Source of the DNA: a virus
Lineage: Duplodnaviria; Caudoviricetes
Virus record (IMG/VR): IMGVR_UViG_3300037067_016777
Location: 1-64,000 of that record
Length of the DNA stretch: 64,000 bases
Strand: one strand, 5' to 3'
A program made the translations under genes and the position numbers. Each line of letters starts with the position of its first letter. The first letter of the stretch is position 1. The notes beneath the pieces are model-generated. The model saw only the letters and a list, made by a program, of their open reading frames with translations. It made no database searches and had not been told where the DNA came from. Below are positions 49,182-57,398 of the stretch, piece by piece.

Positions 49182-49433
49182 CTAACCGCCATATCCGACG
49201 ATCAGACCAGCGACAACTCGGCCGATGGTAGAACACCAAATCCCGTTGACCTTCACAATCCAACCAACGCCGTCGATCGGGCGTAGCTCTGACAGAACGA
49301 TTGGACCGCTAAAGCCGAACATTTCGTGGCCGACAATCTCCACTCGACCAACAAGTCCAGTAAAGGTGGCCTTCACGCCGTGGTCTTTTTTGAGCCACCA
49401 GCATACGCTTTCGCCAAGTTCGTGATATTCCAT
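49182..49433 (-). CDS. Hypothetical protein
   Basis: ORF in array. Confidence 0.6.
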   Translation of the reverse strand: MEYHELGESVCWWLKKDHGVKATFTGLVGRVEIVGHEMFGFSGPIVLSELRPIDGVGWIVKVNGIWCSTIGRVVAGLIVGYGG

Positions 49434-49454
49434 GTTTTTCTTCCACGAAGGAAA

Positions 49455-49694
49455 CTACATTTCCTCGAATTGGACGCTCTTCACGAAGACACGGACACCA
49501 AGCCGCACAGTCTTCCGCGTGTCGGTTTCTTCGTCTTCTCGCACGTGAGTGACACAGCCGTCTCTCCACTGGAACTCCGTTTCTTTTCCGTCGGAGTCCA
49601 CGACAACACGACTCCCCATATCGTCCAGCGACGACCGCAGTTCTGCTGCGACTGCTTTGCAAAACTCCTCGGCATACTTTTCCGGTGCTTGCAT
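49455..49694 (-). CDS. Hypothetical protein, paralog of 49748..49984
   Basis: Shared AEE..KA...DG.E....WR.G.VT...EET..R..V.L.VRV.V.SV. Confidence 0.7.
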   Translation of the reverse strand: MQAPEKYAEEFCKAVAAELRSSLDDMGSRVVVDSDGKETEFQWRDGCVTHVREDEETDTRKTVRLGVRVFVKSVQFEEM

Positions 49695-49747
49695 CGATCA
49701 ATCTCCTGTGTGTTGGGGAGGGCTTCTTTCCACGAAGGAAAGTACGA

Positions 49748-49984
49748 TCACAAATCCTCTTCCGTCACGGAGACGACGACGACTCGCACATCGAGCTGCA
49801 CAACCGTCCGTTTGCCAGTTTCTTCGTTCTCTTTCGTCACGCGACCACTTCTCCAGTCAAGATCGTATTCGCTGCCATCGGGCAAGAGCAGCATCCAGGA
49901 GCCGTTGCACAACGCCTCTCCCACGTTGTCCTCTGCTGCTTTTCGGACTTCTTCTGCAAACTGCGTTTGTTCTGGTGTAGACAC
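49748..49984 (-). CDS. Hypothetical protein, paralog of 49455..49694
   Basis: CAGGAG RBS; GTG start. Confidence 0.7.
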   Translation of the reverse strand: MSTPEQTQFAEEVRKAAEDNVGEALCNGSWMLLLPDGSEYDLDWRSGRVTKENEETGKRTVVQLDVRVVVVSVTEEDL

Positions 49985-50075
49985 GTTCGTTCTCCTGTTG
50001 TTTTGGGAGGACCTCCCTCCCTCTGGTACGTCGTAGCACGACGAGGGCACTTTCTTTCCACGAAGGAAAGCACGA

Positions 50076-50267
50076 TCAGCTTTTTGCGGCTGTGATCAAC
50101 AACTCTCTGTTGTGGGCGATTGCCAGCCCGATGCCGAGTCGCGCTTCCTCTACGGAAAGTAGAGGGTATCGTTTGCGCATCTCGTACACAAGACCGTCGC
50201 AGATCCGCTGCAGCCTCTTTTTTGGCGGCAGCTTGATCGGTGAGTGGTAAACGATGGTTTCAGACAT
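50076..50267 (-). CDS. Hypothetical protein
   Basis: GAGG RBS before MSET. Confidence 0.55.
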   Translation of the reverse strand: MSETIVYHSPIKLPPKKRLQRICDGLVYEMRKRYPLLSVEEARLGIGLAIAHNRELLITAAKS

Positions 50268-50432
50268 GCTTGCCTCGTGAAAAAGGAGGGTGTCGGTCGT
50301 AGGCAACAATCCCTATCTTGCGATATTGGACCACAGTGTCGGCTTTTCGCCGTCTTTGGCTAGGATGACTTGTGCCTACGACCGACACCCTCCCCAGCCA
50401 GACGGACCAGGGGAGGGTGTCACCACGACGGA

Positions 50433-50627
50433 TCAGATCGGGCCGATCACGGGTGCTGCGGCAACGAGCTTCTCTCGATGCGCGTTGAGCGTCATTCCGG
50501 CGAGCATCCGGGCTTGATCGTAGTCAGCGGGCGTCGGGACATACTCGTCGCCCTTGTCAGCCGTGTCGCGAAGGACGATCCCGTTGACAATGCTCTCGGT
50601 GATAGCGTGGAATTGCTTCTGGGTCAT
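50433..50627 (-). CDS. Hypothetical protein
   Basis: CAGGA RBS; first gene of the leftward array. Confidence 0.65.
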   Translation of the reverse strand: MTQKQFHAITESIVNGIVLRDTADKGDEYVPTPADYDQARMLAGMTLNAHREKLVAAAPVIGPI

Positions 50628-51071
50628 GACGAATCCTGTGTGTACTGGAGGAGGGCCGGACCGACTGGCCTCGCGTCACCCTCCCCCTCTGGTACGTCGT
50701 AGCACCGCGAAGGCAGCCGCTTTCAGTTAACGAGGAGGGCTCGTCGGGCTAGTGGGAGTGCTCTCCCTCCCCGTACCCCTATCCCCCTCTACTGGGAGAG
50801 TATAGTAACTATGCCCCAGGAGAATGGGGGTTGTGCAAGGGGTGGCCGGGTTTCTCTCTGTATCGAGTATATTTTCCGCGTGCGTGAGGGCCATATACCC
50901 CTTCTGGGTGGGATGCTAGCTTACACTTTTCTGCTAGCCAGTTGCCGACGTAGAGTTTCCGCTTTGTTTCCGATGTATCTCGTCAGAATAACAAGATTCT
51001 TTCAGCTCGATAAGCAATCTAGATAGTTTCACTTTAGCCCTGGCCTGTATTTCTGGTACGAGACTTGCGTA

Positions 51072-51103
51072 GGAAGATTGGAAGATTGGAAGATTGGAAG
51101 ATG
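51072..51103. repeat. GGAAGATT tandem repeat x4
   Basis: Three perfect copies plus GGAAGATG. Confidence 0.9.
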
Positions 51104-51279
51104 GGGAAGTGGGGCACTTATTTCACGCCCCGGACAAATACTCAATATCCAGGAGGACCCAATATCGAATTTCCGCGAGAATAAATTTCTAAATATGCGA
51201 AGGCTACCTGTCTCACCATATATACATATCAGGAGATTTAGAATGTGCCAGAATCACAAATATACTTCTGAGGTGTCCG

Positions 51280-52167
51280 ATGAAACTAGCATTACTGTGT
51301 GAAGATTTCGATAGCCAGTTCAGAAACCAGCAGTTATCATGGGGAGAAAGAAATCGTGAATTTATCAAGATAAGAACAGAGGAGACGAAAAAAGAATTAT
51401 TGCGATTGGCAGTAAATGGTGCCAGACGACCAAAACCAACATCGTCAGATGCAAAAGAGCGACGGTTAGCAAATTCACTGGGCAGTTATACCGGCAAGTC
51501 GCGTTCCTATGATAGAGAATTCGATGATAAAATTCGTGCTTTAGCACCGCAATGGTTCCTCCATGTAAATGAACATAAAGAGGAATTGTTGACGTTGGCT
51601 AAAAGTGGTGCCGCTAGGCCGAGCTTTGCTAAAAATAGATCGCGGAAAGAACGAATACTGGCAGGAAGATTGAATAATTATATACAACCAACTAATAAAT
51701 CATATGACGCCGAATTCGTCGAGAAGTTGAGAAAGATAGCTCCAGGATGGCTAGTCGATAAGGTAGCGGAAAACAGAAAGAGGATATTGGAAATCGCTAA
51801 AAGTGGAGGAAAACGTCCCTGGATAACATCTACTGACCTGGAAGAGAAACGGATAGCATTAGCACTCAATAACTATCTCAAAAAGAGCCATCCCTCTTAC
51901 GATAGCAGATTTGTTGAAGAACTACAAAAAATTAGACCAGATTGGTTTCCACAATCAGTTGTGGCCGAGAATAAAAGAAGACTGCTAGCAATAGCTAAAA
52001 GCAGCGGAGCGCGTCCAAAGTTCACAGACGACAAGCAACTAGCACGAGCTATTATGACTTATACTGATAGAAATGGGCCATCCTATGATGAGGCGTTCGA
52101 TGCAGAAATTCGCAGATTAAGGCCAGATTGGTTCGGACGTGGATATCATCCTAGACGAGGTGTCTGA
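51280..52167 (+). CDS. Tandem-repeat protein 1 (4 modules of ~65 aa)
   Basis: Repeat K..LL..A.SG..RP...E.RLA..L..Y...YD.EF...IR..P.WF. Confidence 0.85.
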   Translation: MKLALLCEDFDSQFRNQQLSWGERNREFIKIRTEETKKELLRLAVNGARRPKPTSSDAKERRLANSLGSYTGKSRSYDREFDDKIRALAPQWFLHVNEHKEELLTLAKSGAARPSFAKNRSRKERILAGRLNNYIQPTNKSYDAEFVEKLRKIAPGWLVDKVAENRKRILEIAKSGGKRPWITSTDLEEKRIALALNNYLKKSHPSYDSRFVEELQKIRPDWFPQSVVAENKRRLLAIAKSSGARPKFTDDKQLARAIMTYTDRNGPSYDEAFDAEIRRLRPDWFGRGYHPRRGV

Positions 52168-53084
52168 TGAAACTCAGTTTGCTAATAGAAGATTTCGATA
52201 GCGAATTTCGCGATGATTATACACCATACGCTGATAGAAATAAAGAACATGATAGATTAAGGATAGCAGAGACGAAACGAGAAATAATAAAATTAGCGGC
52301 AAGCGGTGCAAAACGACCAAACCCAAAATCAAAAGACCCAAAAGAAAGACGACTAGCGAATTTTATAAACTCCCATGCAAGCCCCGCATCTCACGTTTAT
52401 GACATGAAATTTCGTGGCGCTTTGCGTGAAATAGCCCCGCATTGGTTTAGCTGGGCAGTAGAGTTAAAAGATGAATTGCTAAATCTTGCTAAAAGCGGCG
52501 CAAAACGACCGAACATCAGATCCAAGGATCCGAAGGAAAGAAAGCTCGGGCAGGCGTTTGATAGCTATTATCGCCGAACGTCCAAAGCATACGATCCAGA
52601 ATTCATTAAGAAAATCAAAGCGATAGCTCCAGAATGGCTAATATATAAGACGCCAAGAGTAGAAGAGAACATACGGAAGCTGTTAGAGATAGCCAAGAGC
52701 GGAGGGCAGCGGCCTAGTTGGATGTCGAGCGATCCTGAAGTTAGGCGATTAGCAAACGCATTAACCAGCTATATGAGAGTGGATTCTACAACCTATAGAA
52801 AAGACTTTGCCAATCAATTGCGTAAATTGCGGCCAGAATGGTTTATAGATATACTGGTAGCGAAGCATAAAAAACGGATACTAGAAATAGCTAAGGGCGG
52901 AGAGAAGCGACCACGATATAATGCTGGTCCTGAGGAGAGGCGATTAGCAGTAGCACTTGCTCTCTATATTGATAAATCTGGTAACTCGTATGATAAGGAA
53001 TTTGATGAGATGCTTCGCAAAATGAGGCCAGATTGGTTTATTAGGAGACATAGAGGATACGGCGACAAGAAACAACCGCTCTAA
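52167..53084 (+). CDS. Tandem-repeat protein 2 (4 modules)
   Basis: Same repeat; TGATG coupling. Confidence 0.85.
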   Translation: MKLSLLIEDFDSEFRDDYTPYADRNKEHDRLRIAETKREIIKLAASGAKRPNPKSKDPKERRLANFINSHASPASHVYDMKFRGALREIAPHWFSWAVELKDELLNLAKSGAKRPNIRSKDPKERKLGQAFDSYYRRTSKAYDPEFIKKIKAIAPEWLIYKTPRVEENIRKLLEIAKSGGQRPSWMSSDPEVRRLANALTSYMRVDSTTYRKDFANQLRKLRPEWFIDILVAKHKKRILEIAKGGEKRPRYNAGPEERRLAVALALYIDKSGNSYDKEFDEMLRKMRPDWFIRRHRGYGDKKQPL

Positions 53085-53094
53085 GAGGTGTCTG

Positions 53095-54234
53095 ATGAAA
53101 CTCAGTTTGCTAATAGAAGATTTCGATAGCGAATTTCGCAGGGAATATGTGCCATTCGGGCAGCGGAACCTTAAATATATTAGGTTAAGAATGGAGGAAA
53201 CTAAGGAGAAATTATTAGAGCTAGCAAGAAGCGGAGTGAAACGCCCAAAATATAAATCGCTTGATCCAGAAGAAAGGCGACTAGCTCGTGCATTAAATGA
53301 TTTTACAAGCCTAGACGTTGCACGGCGTGACCCAGAATTCTGTGCTAAGATATATGCCCTCGCTCCAGGATGGTTTGATCCAGACAGGAAAGCTAGGGTA
53401 ATAGCTACAAAAAAGAAGCTATTAGAGATAGCGAGAAGCGGGGGAGAGCGACCAAGATACAACTCTACCGATCCAGAAGAAAGACGACTAGCGATCTCAT
53501 TAACCCGTTATGCCGTTCATCCGGATACAAAAGATGACGAATTTGCAAAAGAGATATTCGTAGCAAGGCCAGAATGGGCACCGGGGTATCGCACAATCCT
53601 AATGGCAAGAACAAAAGAGAAATTGCTGAAGATGGCTGCGAGTGGAGCCGCACGCCCGGACCGATATTCAACAAACCGGGAAGAGGCTAAATTAGGAATA
53701 GCCCTAAATAATTATACTACTAAGAGCCAGCGACAATATGATGCAGATTTCTACAATAAACTCGTTAAAATCAACCCTGATTGGGTTGATAGATTGGATC
53801 AGATATATAAAAGAGTGGCAGAGACGAAGAAGAAACTGCTGGAAATGGCAAGGAATAACGAAAGACGACCAAACATCAGATCTAATAATCCAGAAGAAAG
53901 ACGACTAGGAATAGCTCTCAGCGTCTATGTCAACAAATTAACAAGATCTTATGATGCAATATTTACAAGAGAAATCCGTGCACTTAGACCAGATTGGTTT
54001 GATTCAGACAGAAAAGCAATAGTGGCAGAGACGAAGAAGAAACTGCTGGAAATGGCAAGGAATAACGAAAGACGACCTCAATACAAGTCAAGCGATCTAG
54101 AAGAGAAGCGATTGTCTAGCGCATTAATGACTTACACTTCAACCGGTAGTGGTTCTTACGACGAAGCATTTACAAGAGAAATCCGTGCACTTAGACCAGA
54201 TTGGTTTGATTCAGACAGAAGAGGAGCAATATGA
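53095..54234 (+). CDS. Tandem-repeat protein 3 (5 modules)
   Basis: Same repeat; 55 bp around the start identical to protein 2. Confidence 0.85.
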   Translation: MKLSLLIEDFDSEFRREYVPFGQRNLKYIRLRMEETKEKLLELARSGVKRPKYKSLDPEERRLARALNDFTSLDVARRDPEFCAKIYALAPGWFDPDRKARVIATKKKLLEIARSGGERPRYNSTDPEERRLAISLTRYAVHPDTKDDEFAKEIFVARPEWAPGYRTILMARTKEKLLKMAASGAARPDRYSTNREEAKLGIALNNYTTKSQRQYDADFYNKLVKINPDWVDRLDQIYKRVAETKKKLLEMARNNERRPNIRSNNPEERRLGIALSVYVNKLTRSYDAIFTREIRALRPDWFDSDRKAIVAETKKKLLEMARNNERRPQYKSSDLEEKRLSSALMTYTSTGSGSYDEAFTREIRALRPDWFDSDRRGAI

Positions 54235-54249
54235 TATTAGTATAACGTT

Positions 54250-56499
54250 TCACGATACTCCTAGGGCTATATCTGGTGGGAGCATCTGTATCCGATGAAG
54301 TACAGTTTCTACATCAAGATTCAACTTATGCCCCCATTCCGCTGCCGTGAGCTTCTCATTATTATAAATGAATTTCGTGACTTGATGGCCTACCATTATA
54401 GCCTTGTGGAATTTAGCATAATTTGCCCCTAATTTTCTTGCCCACTCAGCCATTAATAATGTCTGACCATTATATTCATATCTTGTCCTGCCCACGCCTC
54501 TACATCTCAATTTCACCACAGCCGTGAATCTGCTTGCCCACTCCCTTAGCGTCAACGACTCACCATTATATGTGAATAACTTTGTGTCATATGCTTTTAA
54601 TTTCCTCTGTTTATAGCATTCGACAGCTAATGCCTTTTCTACTGGCTGTCGAATCAAACGACGCTGCATTGCTTTTACTGAGCACTGTCTTCTTTTTGCC
54701 CATTCCTCTATTGTAAGAGATTCGCCATTATAGGTGAATAGATGCGTTGGAGTCAGATTATGCAGTCGCTCCAACAGAACCTCTATTGGTATTTTGCTAG
54801 AATAAACAGCAAGCGTGTCTGGCGATATATCAAATGTTTTTGCCCATTTATGCAATGACATCGTTCGGCCGAGATATGTATATTTCTTCACATTTGATGA
54901 TTGATTCGTCTTTTGTTCTGCGTCGGGACTTACCTGATTTGCCTGGATCTGATCTGTTTTGATATGCTCCGCTTGTGCTTTCTCGACCTCAGCGAAACAT
55001 GTGAGGCGTTTAACCGCCTTTGATTCTATCTGACGTATCCGTTCTCTCGTAACCTTGTATTTTACAGCTATTTCTTGAAGACTTAATCCTTGTGCACGTA
55101 ATTGCAGTACCTTGATGGCTCTCGCTGACAATTTGTCGTTCTGAGATTTATGTGATTTGTTATACCATTCCACGACTTCATCTAGTGATATGCCGAATAT
55201 GTTTTCAGGCTTCGAGACGTTTCGACAACAAGCATATTCCTTCTCCGCTTCTCGTCTCTCATATAGCATAATGAGATGCGACATCTTATGTCTTCCAACT
55301 ATCGACAAATAATTTAATATGTGCTGGTTCGACTCGAATTTATCAATATTGTTCTTCATTAAGATTGTGCAAGCCGCTGTCCAAGCAAGATCTTCAATAT
55401 CTTCGTCAGTACAAGGTTTTCGACGCACTTGATTGCAGTAAAACGTCAATACAGACACAATCATATCGGCAATCGGTTTGCCATCACCCGTTAAGAAATA
55501 ATTCTTAAAAGCTGACAACATATCAAATCTAGCGTACTTCGCTGGCAATTTTACGAAGTGCTGCGATTTTCGCATCGGATTTATGATAATATATGGATAA
55601 TCCGGGGCGTGGCTTGCTTTACGAGTTTTATGCCTAGTCCTGACATTTCTTCTTTTGTGTTTTCTCTCTGCTTTTCCGAGCCTATAACGCTCTACTGCTT
55701 CTGCTAATGAATGGGAAGCAACGTAGCCTTGAAACGTCATCTTACTCACATTTAACTCTGTCGCCCATTCTCTACATGTCAACGATTTACCGTCGTATTC
55801 GTATCTCGGTACAACATATTTCACATTTATTGCCTCTTCAATCGGCAATCGCCGTAACCGCCTCGACATCTGTGTCATAGATAGGCCCAGCTTCTGAGCC
55901 CATTCAGCGGTTGTTAATGATTCGTCGCCAAATGTATACCTCCTAGTCCTGTTCTCTTGTACAGCCTTCTGAAATTTTTCGTTATCAAGTGCTATTTCAT
56001 GCGAATAGCTATTCAATCTGTTTCGCAATTGCGAAACAGAGATTCCTAACTCGGTCGCCCACTCTTTGGTTGTTTGTGATTTTCCATTGCACTTATACCG
56101 CCTCGCCCTATTTGCCTCAATAACCGCTTTGAATCTTTCATTATCCAACGCCACATCGACTGCATAACGCCTCAACCTGTGTCTTAGTTGGTCATATGAA
56201 ATGCCCAATTCAATTGCCCACTCATCCAACGTTTTCCCACCATGCGTGAACTCTTTTGATATTACACCAGCGACTTTCCTGTACTCCGTGTTATCTAATG
56301 CCACCTCCGGGATATAGTCCCTTAACCTGCGCAATAGCCGTCGTGGTGTAATCCCTAACCTAGATGCCCACTGATGCAATGCCAGCGTTTCGCCGTCGAG
56401 CGTCAGTATCTTCTCATATTCCGGTTTTGGATAGATATCGACGTTATATTCATCACTATCAAGGGCAATAGTAAAACTCACACAGTTAGCGTTGTCCAT
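54250..56499 (-). CDS. Sigma70-like factor flanked by ten HTH-type repeats
   Basis: Region 4 LS.R...VL.LR..GLSLQEIA..Y.VTRERIRQIE.KA..RL; possible region 2 (EDIEDL...KFE...YL); repeats Y.YNGESLT..EWA..LG. Confidence 0.8.
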   Translation of the reverse strand: MDNANCVSFTIALDSDEYNVDIYPKPEYEKILTLDGETLALHQWASRLGITPRRLLRRLRDYIPEVALDNTEYRKVAGVISKEFTHGGKTLDEWAIELGISYDQLRHRLRRYAVDVALDNERFKAVIEANRARRYKCNGKSQTTKEWATELGISVSQLRNRLNSYSHEIALDNEKFQKAVQENRTRRYTFGDESLTTAEWAQKLGLSMTQMSRRLRRLPIEEAINVKYVVPRYEYDGKSLTCREWATELNVSKMTFQGYVASHSLAEAVERYRLGKAERKHKRRNVRTRHKTRKASHAPDYPYIIINPMRKSQHFVKLPAKYARFDMLSAFKNYFLTGDGKPIADMIVSVLTFYCNQVRRKPCTDEDIEDLAWTAACTILMKNNIDKFESNQHILNYLSIVGRHKMSHLIMLYERREAEKEYACCRNVSKPENIFGISLDEVVEWYNKSHKSQNDKLSARAIKVLQLRAQGLSLQEIAVKYKVTRERIRQIESKAVKRLTCFAEVEKAQAEHIKTDQIQANQVSPDAEQKTNQSSNVKKYTYLGRTMSLHKWAKTFDISPDTLAVYSSKIPIEVLLERLHNLTPTHLFTYNGESLTIEEWAKRRQCSVKAMQRRLIRQPVEKALAVECYKQRKLKAYDTKLFTYNGESLTLREWASRFTAVVKLRCRGVGRTRYEYNGQTLLMAEWARKLGANYAKFHKAIMVGHQVTKFIYNNEKLTAAEWGHKLNLDVETVLHRIQMLPPDIALGVS

Positions 56500-56509
56500 A
56501 ATACTAATG

Positions 56510-56577
56510 TCATAGCACGAAAAGCGGAAATTATTAATCTCCTTAATAGTTAATAATTTCCGCTTTTCGTGCTATGA
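56510..56577. promoter_or_regulatory. Perfect 28-bp inverted repeat forming two identical divergent promoters
   Basis: TCATAGCACGAAAAGCGGAAATTATTAA-12nt-TTAATAATTTCCGCTTTTCGTGCTATGA. Confidence 0.85.
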
Positions 56578-56638
56578 ATGATTGAAGAAGAACTGTATGT
56601 TAGTACTTTCTTGGCTAACTGTAACGTAAAGTTAAATC

Positions 56639-57025
56639 ATGAACAATAGAGTCCAAGGTGCAAACGCAGAAAATTCCATTCCAATCCTCATAAAAACGAA
56701 GGTTGGTTATGTAGAATTGTTGTTATCATTCATATCAAGCGATAACATCGAGAACTTCCCAGACAATGCAAGAGAATGTGCCGTAGAAGTGGACGGCCAA
56801 TGGATGGTACCTGGAATAACAGGGGCGAGAATGTTGCTGGGTCCATTAATGGAAAACGTGCCCGCTGGTGATGGAGGAGTGCCTATAAAACCAGAAATGG
56901 CACAACGAATAGCAGAAGGCATCGACCTGCCTGAGTTTCTGGCTAAATTCCGTGGTGAAGTAGACGACAATAGTATCGTCGCACGGATTATAGACGCATT
57001 TTTACAGAAGTATCGTGGCTACTAA
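56639..57025 (+). CDS. Hypothetical protein
   Basis: ORF downstream of the right-hand promoter. Confidence 0.6.
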   Translation: MNNRVQGANAENSIPILIKTKVGYVELLLSFISSDNIENFPDNARECAVEVDGQWMVPGITGARMLLGPLMENVPAGDGGVPIKPEMAQRIAEGIDLPEFLAKFRGEVDDNSIVARIIDAFLQKYRGY

Positions 57026-57237
57026 CTGTCGTAAGAGACGATTGCGGCAACATCTGTATTTGGAAGTTGGTTTCTAGGGCGGAGAGTAATCTCAATCCGA
57101 CCAACCGGCATCTTTCCAAGGCCACAAATACGCATGACGGTTGTAGTCTGGTAAACTTCCAAAGCTTTGTCGTCGGCTGTGTGGAAATATATCACACCAC
57201 GTTCATGGTCAATCTCTAATGTACCGGGTATTTCCAT
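57022..57237 (-). CDS. Hypothetical protein
   Basis: GAGGA RBS; G.LEID.ERGVIYFH. Confidence 0.65.
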   Translation of the reverse strand: MEIPGTLEIDHERGVIYFHTADDKALEVYQTTTVMRICGLGKMPVGRIEITLRPRNQLPNTDVAAIVSYDS

Positions 57238-57398
57238 TATTTCCTCGCTACTTCACACATGATAGAAAGCTTGGCCTGTAAAGCTCCAATTTTGACGCCG
57301 TCTTGTTCAACACTACTATAGCCATGGCCAAATTTCTCTTGTATAAGAGATAAAATTAAGCTGATTTCTTTTGCTGTCAATTGTCCCATTGCAATCTC

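Larger units (their letters stand above)
49438..50078. repeat. Three copies of a TTCCACGAAGGAAA hairpin repeat at gene ends
   Basis: Copies at 49438-49456, 49724-49750 and 50052-50078; the last two differ at 1 of 27 nt. Confidence 0.85.

Noticed and set aside
49438-50078. CRISPR array from the 27-bp repeats
   Set aside because: Only three copies, about 300 bp apart, with whole genes between them; no cas genes in the window.
50811-51302. Two short plus-strand ORFs
   Set aside because: They translate simple repeats, lack an RBS and are more likely non-coding.
46448-54220. Diversity-generating retroelement TR/VR pairs
   Set aside because: Differences between duplicated segments are not adenine-specific, and no reverse transcriptase is in the window.
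54250-56499. Homing endonuclease
   Set aside because: It has the accessory HTH repeats but no HNH or GIY-YIG catalytic motif; the centre is sigma-like.
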